Origin: an uncultured Pseudomonadota bacterium
GTDB lineage: Bacteria; Oederibacteriota; Muellerivitia; Muellerivitales; Muellerivitaceae
Length of the DNA: 64,000 nucleotides
Direction of reading: 5' to 3'
Assembly (NCBI GenBank): GCA_963770835.1
Contig: CAVYRH010000011.1
Location: forward strand, 64,001-128,000
Program-made: the position numbers and the translations under genes
The notes under the pieces: model-generated
What the model was told of the DNA's origin: nothing
Databases searched by the model: none
Seen by the model: only the letters and a program-made list of their open reading frames with translations
Shown here: piece by piece, positions 42,645-51,820 of the stretch
Layout of the letters: every line of letters starts with the position of its first letter
How positions within the stretch are numbered: the first letter of the stretch is position 1

Positions 42645-43382
42645 ATGAGAATCTCATTGGAATTGGTTCCCCGAAGCAAAGAATCTATTTTGGAAGAAGT
42701 GGATAAGATTTCCAATAATCTTAAAAAGGTCAATACGATAAACATTCCGGATTTATTGAGATTTGATTTAAGAAGCTGGGTGGCATGCGGATATGTGAAA
42801 CCCTATTTTCAAAACGCGATACCTCATTTTAGGTCGGTTGATATTAACCTGGACGAACCCTTGCCAATGGCCGTTTTTCTAAAAGAGAACCATTTTAAAG
42901 AAATCATTGTGATCAGCGGCGACATTCCCCAGGACATGTCCCGGAAAATGTACCCATCCGATGTGCTGGAAGTCATTAAAAAATTCAAACGGGAAATTCC
43001 TGGAATTAAGATTTACGCCGCCTTTGATCCTTACCGGCAAGGGATTCACAAAGAGCTCGAATATGCCCACGCCAAACGCGATGCCGGCGCCGATGGTTTT
43101 TTCACGCAACCTTTTTTCGATATTCGTCTCTTTGACATTTATTCTGAATTACTTAAATCTTATGAAGTCTTTTGGGGAGTTTCTCCAGTTTTAAGCATAA
43201 GCTCAAAAAATTATTGGGAGACTAGAAACAAAGTTGTATTTCCCGGGAATTTTAGCCCAACACTAGAGTGGAACCGGGAATTAGCTGAGACTGTTTTAAG
43301 CCGGATCACTTCCGTAAATGGAAACGCGTACTTCATGCCCATTAAAGCCTCGATCTTGGATTGTTATAGTGGGATTCTTTAA
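42645..43382 (+). CDS. Methylenetetrahydrofolate reductase-like flavoprotein
   Basis: ISLELVP; INIPD; SGD.P; K.DAGADGFFTQPFFD. Confidence 0.75.
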   Translation: MRISLELVPRSKESILEEVDKISNNLKKVNTINIPDLLRFDLRSWVACGYVKPYFQNAIPHFRSVDINLDEPLPMAVFLKENHFKEIIVISGDIPQDMSRKMYPSDVLEVIKKFKREIPGIKIYAAFDPYRQGIHKELEYAHAKRDAGADGFFTQPFFDIRLFDIYSELLKSYEVFWGVSPVLSISSKNYWETRNKVVFPGNFSPTLEWNRELAETVLSRITSVNGNAYFMPIKASILDCYSGIL

Positions 43383-43397
43383 AAAAATGATTCACCT

Positions 43398-43423
43398 GTC
43401 CACGGCGGGGACCCGTCGTGGAC
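43398..43423 (+). repeat. Palindromic array site 7 (intron-occupied)
   Basis: GTCCACGGCGGGGACCCGTCGTGGAC. Confidence 0.9.
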
Positions 43424-45405
43424 ATCGTGCCAGGAACAAGGGTGTAGAAGCCAGCAGGTGAGGCTTGATATAAGCCGAGTCCTGACGGGGTAACCGCCTG
43501 AGGGCCCCGAAGTCAGCCTCCGTGGCAAGGTCGAGAGGCCTTGCCCGAAACGAGGTCATAAACCTTCGATTAGGAAGGGAACAATCTTACAGTCCGCAAC
43601 ATCAAGTGAATCCTGCCGCGTCGTGAAGAGTCCGCCGAAAGGCGTAAGAGGAGGCCGAGCCTCGTGTCCACGGGCGAAGGCAACAATCTCACCCTCAATA
43701 CAGGATGGGGTGGGGCGAATCCTCCGGCGTATAGGGAACGGAATGTGGGAAAGGCTGCTACATCAACCTGGGAGATCCTACCCGCCAAAAGACTTGCCGC
43801 TATAAGGCTAAAACCGAAAAGTGGTAAGGGTGGGAGGAAGTCGGAGGGGGCAGTAGTACCGATGAAGGGAAGACAACAAAACTTCCCGGAGGGAAGGGCC
43901 CCTGCTTCAACCAAGCAACCAAAAGAAGTGGAGCATGGAGAATGCCTGAAAAGGCTAACAACTCAGAAGACCAAGTGCGCCAATTCCAGAGGGAGCTATA
44001 TCGAGCGGCCAAGAGGAGCCCGAACCGACGCTTTCATGCGTTATACGACAAGCTCACCCGGTGGGACGTGCTTGTGGAGTCATGGAATCAGGTAAGGGCA
44101 AACCAAGGGCATGGTGGGGTGGATGGAAAGAGTTTGGAGGATATAGAGAAAGAGGGTGTAGGACTCTTTCTCCGGCAAATCCGGGAAGAACTCAGAGCGG
44201 GGACGTATCGGCCACAACCGGTCAAGCGGGTAGAAATACCGAAACCGGATGGCGGAAAGCGGCCACTTGGAATACCGGTTATTCGGGATCGTGTGGTACA
44301 AGCCGCCTGTCGTAAGATGGTCGAACCTATTTTTGAGGCAGATTTCCTGGAAGGTTCCTATGGCTTTCGGCCCAAGCGTTCAGCACATCAAGCTCACGAG
44401 GAAATCCTGAAATGGATAGATCGTGGGTGCAGATTTGTGGTGGATGGAGATATTCGAAAATATTTCGACTCCATTGACCATGCCAAGCTGATGGTGCTGA
44501 TGTGTCAAAGGATCAGTGACAAGAAGATTTTGGAACTCATCCAAAGGTGGCTCGAAGCGGGGGTATTGGCGGAAGGTAGGCTTATGCCCACCTCCGAAGG
44601 TACTCCTCAAGGTGGGGTGATTTCCCCATTACTTTCCAATATTTTCCTTCACCTGTTAGACAAGGTCTGGAACAAAAGATACAAGCAACTTGGAAAACTG
44701 GTGCGTTACGCTGACGATTTTGTGGTGTTATGTCCAACACAACAAAAGGCGGAAGAAAGTCTGAAGGTGCTCAAGAGATTACTTGGGCGGTTGGGGTTGG
44801 AAATGCACCCAGAAAAGACGAGGCTGGTGGAAATGGGACCAGGAAAGGATGGTTTTGATTTCCTTGGTTTCCATTACAGGATATGCCGACCCAATAAGAA
44901 GAGGGGAAAAGCATACATCAAAAGCTGGCCCAAGCGTAAATCCATGGAGAAGATCACTGAGAGGATAAAAGCGGTGACTTCGGAGAAATGGCGGCTGTCG
45001 CTTTCAATGGAAGAATTGGTAAAAACTCTGAATCCGATTTTGAGGGGTTGGGCCAATTATTTCAAAGTGGGGACAAGCTGGAAACAGTTTGATAAGGTGG
45101 ATTTATTTACATACCGAAGGCTATTGTTATTCCGAAGGCGAAAGCATCGTCAGAGGATAATGAATTGGTCGGGGGTCGAAGATGAATTCAAAAGGTTAGG
45201 CCTGTATCGGCTATCTAGACGTGCCATTGTTGCTTGAATGCCGCCGAAATAAAGGTTGTCGGAAAGCCGTATGATCGAAAAGGTCACGTACGGTTTGATG
45301 AGGGGGCACTGGAAACGTGGTTATGAGAGCCGGACTGAGGCCCAATTCGAAAGGGTTGGATTAGCCACCGTACTCTAATGCATACGCGCCAGTGCTCTAC
45401 TCTGC
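43424..45405 (+). mobile_element. RT-encoding group II intron
   Basis: Ribozyme domains around an RT ORF; domain V at ~45263-45296; domain VI ends CTCTACTCTGC. Confidence 0.93.
43942..45237 (+). CDS. ltrA: Group II intron reverse transcriptase/maturase without an endonuclease domain
   Basis: RPLGIP..RDRVVQ; GTPQGGVISPLLSN; YADD; FDFLGF; LRGWANYF; no HNH domain. Confidence 0.95.
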   Translation: MPEKANNSEDQVRQFQRELYRAAKRSPNRRFHALYDKLTRWDVLVESWNQVRANQGHGGVDGKSLEDIEKEGVGLFLRQIREELRAGTYRPQPVKRVEIPKPDGGKRPLGIPVIRDRVVQAACRKMVEPIFEADFLEGSYGFRPKRSAHQAHEEILKWIDRGCRFVVDGDIRKYFDSIDHAKLMVLMCQRISDKKILELIQRWLEAGVLAEGRLMPTSEGTPQGGVISPLLSNIFLHLLDKVWNKRYKQLGKLVRYADDFVVLCPTQQKAEESLKVLKRLLGRLGLEMHPEKTRLVEMGPGKDGFDFLGFHYRICRPNKKRGKAYIKSWPKRKSMEKITERIKAVTSEKWRLSLSMEELVKTLNPILRGWANYFKVGTSWKQFDKVDLFTYRRLLLFRRRKHRQRIMNWSGVEDEFKRLGLYRLSRRAIVA

Positions 45406-45462
45406 AAAGAAATAGGTAAAAGACGCACCACCCTTGAAGTGTTTAATTAAAGGCAACTCAAT

Positions 45463-45852
45463 ATGATCCTAAAATTCCGAACACCTCTTTTGATCACTTT
45501 TGCAATTATCACTGGTTACTTCTGGACCGTTCCAAATATTTTTTTCATGATTTTTAGCAATTTGCTACCGGTCCTGATTATTGCCTTTGGGGTAGTTCTT
45601 CTTTTTCGCGATATGTCCTGGAACCGACAAGCATTGCTCGTGGTTTTCTTTCTCGTCCTGGCTGAGTTCGCCAGAGATACCTTCGTTTGCCTTTTTACCA
45701 ATGGGTGGGCTCAAATGATAGCTAATGGGAATTGGAAGACTTATATCAGAATGTTTGGGGTTCAGGTTGTTGTTGGCCTTGTCGCATGGGGAACAGTGAA
45801 ATTGTTCTTAAAAGTCATTGAACACAAACGGTTTAAACCTAGTAGGCGATAA
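45463..45852 (+). CDS. Hypothetical membrane protein
   Basis: Four hydrophobic segments. Confidence 0.6.
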   Translation: MILKFRTPLLITFAIITGYFWTVPNIFFMIFSNLLPVLIIAFGVVLLFRDMSWNRQALLVVFFLVLAEFARDTFVCLFTNGWAQMIANGNWKTYIRMFGVQVVVGLVAWGTVKLFLKVIEHKRFKPSRR

Positions 45853-45897
45853 AACGGCTTTGATTTTTTCAAAGATTTAATCCGGTCGAAAAACCTT

Positions 45898-45923
45898 GTC
45901 CACGATGGGGACCCGTCGTGGAC
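45898..45923 (+). repeat. Palindromic array site 8 (intron-occupied)
   Basis: GTCCACGATGGGGACCCGTCGTGGAC. Confidence 0.9.
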
Positions 45924-46724
45924 ATCGTGCCAGAGGAGGGTTTGCAGAGCCAGCAGGTGAGGGAGTAGGCCGATGAGGGTCAACCCAAGTCCTGACCAGG
46001 TAATCACCAGAGAGCCTGGAAGTCAGCCCCCGGCGTAGGATCGAGAGGTCCTGCCCGAAACGGGGTCATAAACCTCATTTAGTGAGGGAACAATCCAGCA
46101 GTCCGCAACATCAAGTGAATCCTGCCGCTTCGTGAATGGGACACCGAAAGGTGCAAGGGGATGCCGAGCCGCGTGTCTACTGGCGAAGGCCACGATCCCG
46201 CTGAAGAATCTGGTAGCAAGCGGGGCAAGTCCTCCGGAGTATGGGGAACGGAATGTTGGAAAGGCTATGCAAGCAAGCTGGGAGATCCTACCCGCCAAAA
46301 GACTTGCCGCTATAAGGCTAAAACCGAAAAGAGGCAAGGGTGGGAGGAAGTCGGAGGGGGTCACAGTACCGATGAAGGGGTGGACAACAAAACCACCCTG
46401 AGGGAAGGACCCCTGCTTCAACCATGTGTCTCAAAGAAGGTAGGCGCTGGAGCATGCCCCAAAAGGGCCAACAACTCTGTAGTACCAAAGCGCGAGGCCT
46501 TTGACAACAGGCACTATGCCGAGCGGCCAAGGGGGAAGTCGAACCTGTAAAGCCGCCGGAGGAGAGGTTGTCGGAAAGCCGTATGATCGAAAAGGTCACG
46601 TACGGTTTGACGAGGGGGCGCTGGAAACGAAGTGATGAGGGAACCTCGTTGGGGCACGGAACCGGAAACGGGGAAACAGATCAAGGAACCCTCTGCACAC
46701 CATCGCGCCAGTGCTCTACTCTGC
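45924..46724 (+). mobile_element. ORF-less group II intron, copy 2 (801 nt)
   Basis: Ribozyme domains retained, RT ORF deleted. Confidence 0.92.
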
Positions 46725-46728
46725 ATAA

Positions 46729-46755
46729 ATATGTACGGAATATTACCGTACATAT
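46729..46755. promoter_or_regulatory. Putative operator of the DUF1778-GNAT TA pair
   Basis: Inverted repeat ATATGTACGG-7 nt-CCGTACATAT upstream of the antitoxin. Confidence 0.65.
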
Positions 46756-46782
46756 GATATATTTAATGCGGAGGTAATAGCC

Positions 46783-47064
46783 ATGACGAAAGCTCTAAAA
46801 ACTAAGGAAGAACGCATCGAACTGAGGGTAAGGCCCCAGGATAAGCGGTTATTGGAAAAAGCCGCCCAGGCCCAGGGTTTGAGCCTGAGTTCCTATCTCG
46901 TGACGCGGTCCCTCCATGCGGCCCAGGAAGACGCGATCCCGGTTAAAACCTATGTTCCGCCTAAACGGGACCTGGACTTATTCCTAAGGCTTCTGGAAAA
47001 CCCTCCCGAGCCTAACGAAAAGCTTAAAGCGGCGGCACGGCGTTACCAAAAAGAGATATCCTAA
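46783..47064 (+). CDS. DUF1778 ribbon-helix-helix antitoxin
   Basis: ERIELRV...LEKAA...SLSSY; LENPPEPNEKL. Confidence 0.88.
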   Translation: MTKALKTKEERIELRVRPQDKRLLEKAAQAQGLSLSSYLVTRSLHAAQEDAIPVKTYVPPKRDLDLFLRLLENPPEPNEKLKAAARRYQKEIS

Positions 47065-47073
47065 TCTGCCGTT

Positions 47074-47589
47074 ATGACAGGCCAAAAATGGAAGTTTGTC
47101 CCTATCACGGAAAAACCGAATCTCGAAGCTTTTGACTGTGGCATTTCTGAACTCAATGATTATCTGAAAAAATACGCAGGCCAGAACCACCGCAAGGGGT
47201 TAGGAAGCACTTATGTCCTCATTCCCGTCGAAGGAGAACCCATCGCGGCTGGTTATCACACCTTGAGCATGGCTCAGGTGGAATTGCGTTCGTTGCCAGA
47301 ACCCCAACGTAAAAACCTCCCGAAGTATCCAATTCCCGCCGTTCGATTGGGACGCCTTGCCGTTGACTGCCAATGGCAAGGAACCGGATTGGGGGAGATG
47401 TTGCTGATGGATGCTATTCACCGGTCTGTTGCCGCCGTCCAATCGGTGGCCGCGAAGTATATGATCGTCGATGCCAAAAACAAAAAAGCTGAGGAATTTT
47501 ATTTACGTTACGGGTTTCAACCCTTTGAGGGCGGTTCACACTCATTAGTAGCGGCCATCGATACGTTAAAGGGACTTTTCACGAAATGA
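47074..47589 (+). CDS. GNAT acetyltransferase toxin (AtaT/TacT-like)
   Basis: FDCGI.ELNDYL; PIPAVRLGRLAVD...QGTGLG; VDAKN..A..FY..YGF. Confidence 0.9.
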   Translation: MTGQKWKFVPITEKPNLEAFDCGISELNDYLKKYAGQNHRKGLGSTYVLIPVEGEPIAAGYHTLSMAQVELRSLPEPQRKNLPKYPIPAVRLGRLAVDCQWQGTGLGEMLLMDAIHRSVAAVQSVAAKYMIVDAKNKKAEEFYLRYGFQPFEGGSHSLVAAIDTLKGLFTK

Positions 47590-47606
47590 AACGAGTGGTT
47601 AAGGCT

Positions 47607-47632
47607 GTCCACGACGGGGACCCGTCGTGGAC
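47607..47632 (+). repeat. Palindromic array site 9 (intron-occupied)
   Basis: GTCCACGACGGGGACCCGTCGTGGAC (perfect stem). Confidence 0.9.
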
Positions 47633-48433
47633 ATCGTGCCAGAGGAGGGTTTGCAGAGCCAGCAGGTGAGGGAGTAGGCCGATGAGGGTCAACCCAAGTC
47701 CTGACCAGGTAATCACCAGAGAGCCTGGAAGTCAGCCCCCGGCGTAGGATCGAGAGGTCCTGCCCGAAACGGGGTCATAAACCTCATTTAGTGAGGGAAC
47801 AATCCAGCAGTCCGCAACATCAAGTGAATCCTGCCGCTTCGTGAATGGGACACCGAAAGGTGCAAGGGGATGCCGAGCCGCGTGTCTACTGGCGAAGGCC
47901 ACGATCCCGCTGAAGAATCTGGTAGCAAGCGGGGCAAGTCCTCCGGAGTATGGGGAACGGAATGTTGGAAAGGCTATGCAAGCAAGCTGGGAGATCCTAC
48001 CCGCCAAAAGACTTGCCGCTATAAGGCTAAAACCGAAAAGAGGCAAGGGTGGGAGGAAGTCGGAGGGGGTCACAGTACCGATGAAGGGGTGGACAACAAA
48101 ACCACCCTGAGGGAAGGACCCCTGCTTCAACCATGTGTCTCAAAGAAGGTAGGCGCTGGAGCATGCCCCAAAAGGGCCAACAACTCTGTAGTACCAAAGC
48201 GCGAGGCCTTTGACAACAGGCACTATGCCGAGCGGCCAAGGGGGAAGTCGAACCTGTAAAGCCGCCGGAGGAGAGGTTGTCGGAAAGCCGTATGATCGAA
48301 AAGGTCACGTACGGTTTGACGAGGGGGCGCTGGAAACGAAGTGATGAGGGAACCTCGTTGGGGCACGGAACCGGAAACGGGGAAACAGATCAAGGAACCC
48401 TCTGCACACCATCGCGCCAGTGCTCTACTCTGC
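47633..48433 (+). mobile_element. ORF-less group II intron, copy 3 (801 nt)
   Basis: Appears identical to copy 2. Confidence 0.92.
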
Positions 48434-48466
48434 AAATTCTAATAATAATTCTGTAAGGAGTTGCAA

Positions 48467-48895
48467 GTGAGTTCAACATGGTTCTTTGTCTTATTAACCA
48501 CGCTCTCTTTTGGATTCTTTAATATTTTCATTCGGGCCGCGGGTCCGAAAATTGGCGGGGTTTTGGGGCCGCTGGTTGTTGAGGGATTTGCGATGGCCGT
48601 TCTCTTACTTTTTTTCATTTGGCGAAAGTTTAATGGGTCGGTAGAGTCAGCAACGGCCATGGGGTTGACATTTTCAATGGCCGCCGGATTTTGCGCCGCC
48701 GCCGGTTCGATTGGGTTTTTTATCGTCTTTTCAAGGGGAGGCCAGCTTTCGGTGGCAGGCTCCTTTGTTTTAATCGGGAGCACCATGCTAACGATATTGG
48801 GTGGGTTTATCCTTTTTAAGGAACCGATCAACGCTCATCGTATAGTTGGGATCATTTTGGGACTTATCAGCCTTTACCTTTTGCGGGTGGAATAA
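48467..48895 (+). CDS. EamA/DMT family transporter
   Basis: AAGGAG RBS with GTG start; ILFKEPINAHRIVGIILG. Confidence 0.8.
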   Translation: MSSTWFFVLLTTLSFGFFNIFIRAAGPKIGGVLGPLVVEGFAMAVLLLFFIWRKFNGSVESATAMGLTFSMAAGFCAAAGSIGFFIVFSRGGQLSVAGSFVLIGSTMLTILGGFILFKEPINAHRIVGIILGLISLYLLRVE

Positions 48896-48917
48896 GCAAA
48901 TCGACGGATTTGATATT

Positions 48918-49120
48918 GTCCACGACGGGGAACCATTGTGGATAGGTTGAAATCCCTTTAATACCTGGCAGGGCCGTCCTTTGGGTTCCAACACCGCCAA
49001 ATTCTCCCAATCTATTGATTGAATAGACGCTCTTAGCCCGGCAAATCTTAGCTATCCCCAATCGCCCGGCTTGGCTATAAAATACCGCAAGTTTTCGGGT
49101 TTTCCTGTCAGCTGTTAACT
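48918..49120 (+). repeat. Palindromic array site 10 plus full tail and duplicate of the recN upstream region
   Basis: GTCCACGACGGGGAACCATTGTGGAT-AGGTTGAAATCCC...ATTGATTGAATA...GGCAAATCTTAGCTATCCC...TATAAAATACCGCAAGTTTTCGGGT. Confidence 0.88.
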
Positions 49121-49141
49121 TCCAACTTCGGAGTAAAAACT

Positions 49142-50431
49142 ATGGCGGTATTTTTTCTGGTCTTGGGTGTCATCGTCGCGGCCGTTGCCCTTCGCTTTTT
49201 CGTCGGGGCCGGGTCGAAAAACAAGAAAGGCAGTCTCCTTGTCTTTTCCTGGGGCGACATCGAGGAAAACCAGGTCCTGAGCGATCTCATCAATGACTTC
49301 ATGAAATTAAATCCGTCCGTGTCGGTCTCGTTGCAGCGCACCCCTTATGTCAATTACTCGGAAACCGTAGTGAGATCCCTTGAGGGACGGGGCCCGGACG
49401 TCCTATTTGTGGAGGTCAATAATTTCGCCGATTTTTTGTACCAAAAAGTCCTGGAACCCTTGGATTCTTACGTCAAAACCGACCGCCTGGATATGACGGA
49501 TTTTTACCCGGCCGTATTGGACCGCTTCACCTCGGAGAAACGAACTTACGTCATTCCCCGCGACACGGCCCCCTGGTGCCTTGTTTATTACAATAAGTCC
49601 GCCTTTGACGAAGCCAATGTGCCTTATCCAAAGGATGATTGGAATTGGGACCAATTCGCCGAAGCGGCGATGAAGGTCCAAAAAATAGGCGCTTCGGGCG
49701 GGGTCATGCGCTGGGGGTTCATTGACGACAAGACCCTTCCGAGCGCGTGGATTTTTAGCGCGGGCGGGACCTTCGCGGACGACGTTCACCAACCCACCCG
49801 ATGGACCTTCACGGACGACCCGGCCACCCTCAAGGGGATCCGGTTCCGTTACGACTTGATCCATAAGTACAAGGTCTCCCTGGCGCCCTCCAAAATAGCC
49901 GGTTTTACCGTGAGCGAAGGCTCGGACATGTTCCGCTTCGGCACGGCCGCCATGTACCTTTCGGGTTTGAAATGGCCCCCCCACTTTCGCGAGATCAAAA
50001 ATTTTAAATGGGATGTGGCCATGCTTCCCAAGGGACCCGGCGGGGAACGGGCCTTTTCCACCGGGGGCTCGGGTTACGGTATTTCGAGGCGATCCGGGAA
50101 CAAACCAACAGCTTGGGAATTGGTGAAATTCCTGACCGGCGCGGAAGCCGAACGAAAAAGGCTGGCCACTGGATTGGCCCAGCCCGCCTTAAGGAAGATG
50201 GCTTATTCCGACCTTTTCCTGGACCGGAATGACCCCTTGAACAAGAAAATTTTGATCGATGCGGTGGAGCACGTTAAATATTTTCCCCTGTGCGGCAATT
50301 GGCAGGAGGTGGAGACCCTGATCACGGCCGGTTTGGAAAACGTGTGGGAGGGGAAGGAAACCCCCGAGGCGGCCATGGATAAATTGCGGCCCCTCCTCCT
50401 GAAGCATCCGCCCCTCACCGTTCCAAAGTGA
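49142..50431 (+). CDS. Sugar ABC transporter substrate-binding protein, no permeases adjacent
   Basis: PDV; YYNKSAFDEANVPYP..DWNW; AWELVKFL. Confidence 0.85.
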   Translation: MAVFFLVLGVIVAAVALRFFVGAGSKNKKGSLLVFSWGDIEENQVLSDLINDFMKLNPSVSVSLQRTPYVNYSETVVRSLEGRGPDVLFVEVNNFADFLYQKVLEPLDSYVKTDRLDMTDFYPAVLDRFTSEKRTYVIPRDTAPWCLVYYNKSAFDEANVPYPKDDWNWDQFAEAAMKVQKIGASGGVMRWGFIDDKTLPSAWIFSAGGTFADDVHQPTRWTFTDDPATLKGIRFRYDLIHKYKVSLAPSKIAGFTVSEGSDMFRFGTAAMYLSGLKWPPHFREIKNFKWDVAMLPKGPGGERAFSTGGSGYGISRRSGNKPTAWELVKFLTGAEAERKRLATGLAQPALRKMAYSDLFLDRNDPLNKKILIDAVEHVKYFPLCGNWQEVETLITAGLENVWEGKETPEAAMDKLRPLLLKHPPLTVPK

Positions 50432-50460
50432 AATTTGAGGTTGGAGGGCCAATGGAACGC

Positions 50461-50512
50461 TTGCTTTCCGTTTGGAAGGGATTTAATATATTGTTACTCA
50501 ATTAAGTAACAA
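50461..50512 (+). promoter_or_regulatory. Putative TA promoter and operator
   Basis: TTGCTT-17-TAATAT followed by the palindrome TTGTTACT-6-AGTAACAA. Confidence 0.55.
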
Positions 50513-50522
50513 AGGAGTTCCC

Positions 50523-50777
50523 TTGAAATTCGTGAATATGCGCGACTTGCGCTTGAAAACCCCCTCGGTGATGAAGGGCGTGGAAAAAGGGGAAAAATAC
50601 ATCATTACGAACCATGGAAAGCCCCAGGCCGTCCTGCTGCACCTGACTGAGGACGAAATCGAGGATTTGGTTTATAAGCAACCCGAGTTCATGGACCAAA
50701 TAGAGGAGTCGAGGAAGGAATACGGAAAGAAAGGCGGGGTTCCGCTTTCGGAAGCCCGCAAGCGGCTGGGACTCTGA
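50523..50777 (+). CDS. Phd/YefM antitoxin
   Basis: VNMRDLR...IITNHGKPQAVL. Confidence 0.88.
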   Translation: MKFVNMRDLRLKTPSVMKGVEKGEKYIITNHGKPQAVLLHLTEDEIEDLVYKQPEFMDQIEESRKEYGKKGGVPLSEARKRLGL

Positions 50778-50778
50778 C

Positions 50779-51051
50779 TTGTCCCTCCTCGTTGAGCTTT
50801 CACCCCGTGCCTTGAGGGATTTGAAGGCCTTTGAAAAAGCCGCGGCAGGGGAAATCCTGGACGGCCTGAAAATCCTCCAAACCCGCCCTTGGCCCGGCCC
50901 TCCCCGAGTAAAAAAACTAGAAGGTTATAAGAATCTTTATCGTTTGAGAATCGGGAATTACAGGTGCCTTTTCGAACCCACTGAAAAGGGAGTGGTTGTT
51001 TTGCGTGTCCTGGACCGAAAAGAACTGGAAAGAATCCTGAGGAATCTTTAA
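50779..51051 (+). CDS. RelE/ParE family toxin
   Basis: ALRDL; VKKLEG..LYRLRIGNYR. Confidence 0.88.
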   Translation: MSLLVELSPRALRDLKAFEKAAAGEILDGLKILQTRPWPGPPRVKKLEGYKNLYRLRIGNYRCLFEPTEKGVVVLRVLDRKELERILRNL

Positions 51052-51068
51052 AGGACGTGAAATGGTTT

Positions 51069-51190
51069 GTCCACGACCTGTCTCCCAACCCGCCTACCTT
51101 AGCCGCCTGTCTCCAGAAGCTTTAGCGAAGGGAGACGGCGACGGTAGGAGTTTTAGTGCAGGGGGAAGCTCGATGAAAGTGGGGCGTACA
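51069..51190 (+). repeat. Palindromic array site 11, left arm with nested REP-like inserts
   Basis: GTCCACGACCTGTCTCC..., similar to site 4; right arm degraded. Confidence 0.65.
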
Positions 51191-51364
51191 AAGTTGATTT
51201 AACTTGGTAACGGCTCGAGCCCCAAGTTACAATGCCGATAGAGTTTTTTCCCTCCGACGACTGCCCTCGTTCAGGCGAAATTAAATCCTAATCAATACAC
51301 TTGTTCCTTGGATATTGCCAAAAAGAAATAAGGCATTATTTTGACCGAAAGGAGGTAAACGGTT

Positions 51365-51820
51365 TTGAGTTTAGAACCTGGCCAACCCTACATGCTTGTC
51401 GGGGAAAATGACCCCGAGGCCCAAATGTCTCTGAAAAAAACGATGCAGCGGGCCGACGCACAGGACGAAATGGTTTTTGTGCGGAACGGAAAGGAAATCA
51501 TCGAGTTCCTCGACAAAGCCCTGTCCACACCCAAGACCCGCCACCGCCTGCCCTATTGCATCATCCTCAACTTGAATATGCCGCTTTTGAACGGGAAACA
51601 AACGCTCCAAATCCTGAAGGACCATCCCGAATTCAACGGTATCCAAGTCATCATTTTATCGGTCACAAAACCAAAATTTGACGTGGTTGCCTGTTACAAG
51701 CTGGGTGCCTATGCCTTTTTACAGAACCCTTCCGATCTCGGAAATTTGGTGCACATTGTTACAACCCTCCGCGAAGCGGTGCTCCCTAAACCAATTAACC
51801 GGCCCCCATCCATTGATTGA
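51365..51820 (+). CDS. Degenerate single-domain response regulator
   Basis: Rcp1-like fold, but ILNLNMP has Asn at the phosphoacceptor position and the conserved KP reads NP. Confidence 0.7.
   Translation: MSLEPGQPYMLVGENDPEAQMSLKKTMQRADAQDEMVFVRNGKEIIEFLDKALSTPKTRHRLPYCIILNLNMPLLNGKQTLQILKDHPEFNGIQVIILSVTKPKFDVVACYKLGAYAFLQNPSDLGNLVHIVTTLREAVLPKPINRPPSID

Noticed and set aside
46023..46777. Short ORFs repeated within the intron copies (132, 89, 129 and 93 aa)
   Set aside because: Incidental frames across ribozyme RNA, repeated only because the RNA is repeated.
48916..48946. TTGTCCAC/TGTGGATA as DnaA boxes marking an origin
   Set aside because: Matches are imperfect, dispersed over 21 kb and part of hairpins; no dnaA gene or clustered boxes are present.
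29885..51190. Palindromic repeats as a CRISPR array
   Set aside because: They are separated by whole genes (0.3-6.5 kb), not 30-40 nt spacers, and no cas genes are present.
29885..51190. Palindromes as canonical attC sites or intrinsic terminators
   Set aside because: No RYYYAAC/GTTRRRY boxes, core stem only 26 nt, and no U-tract.
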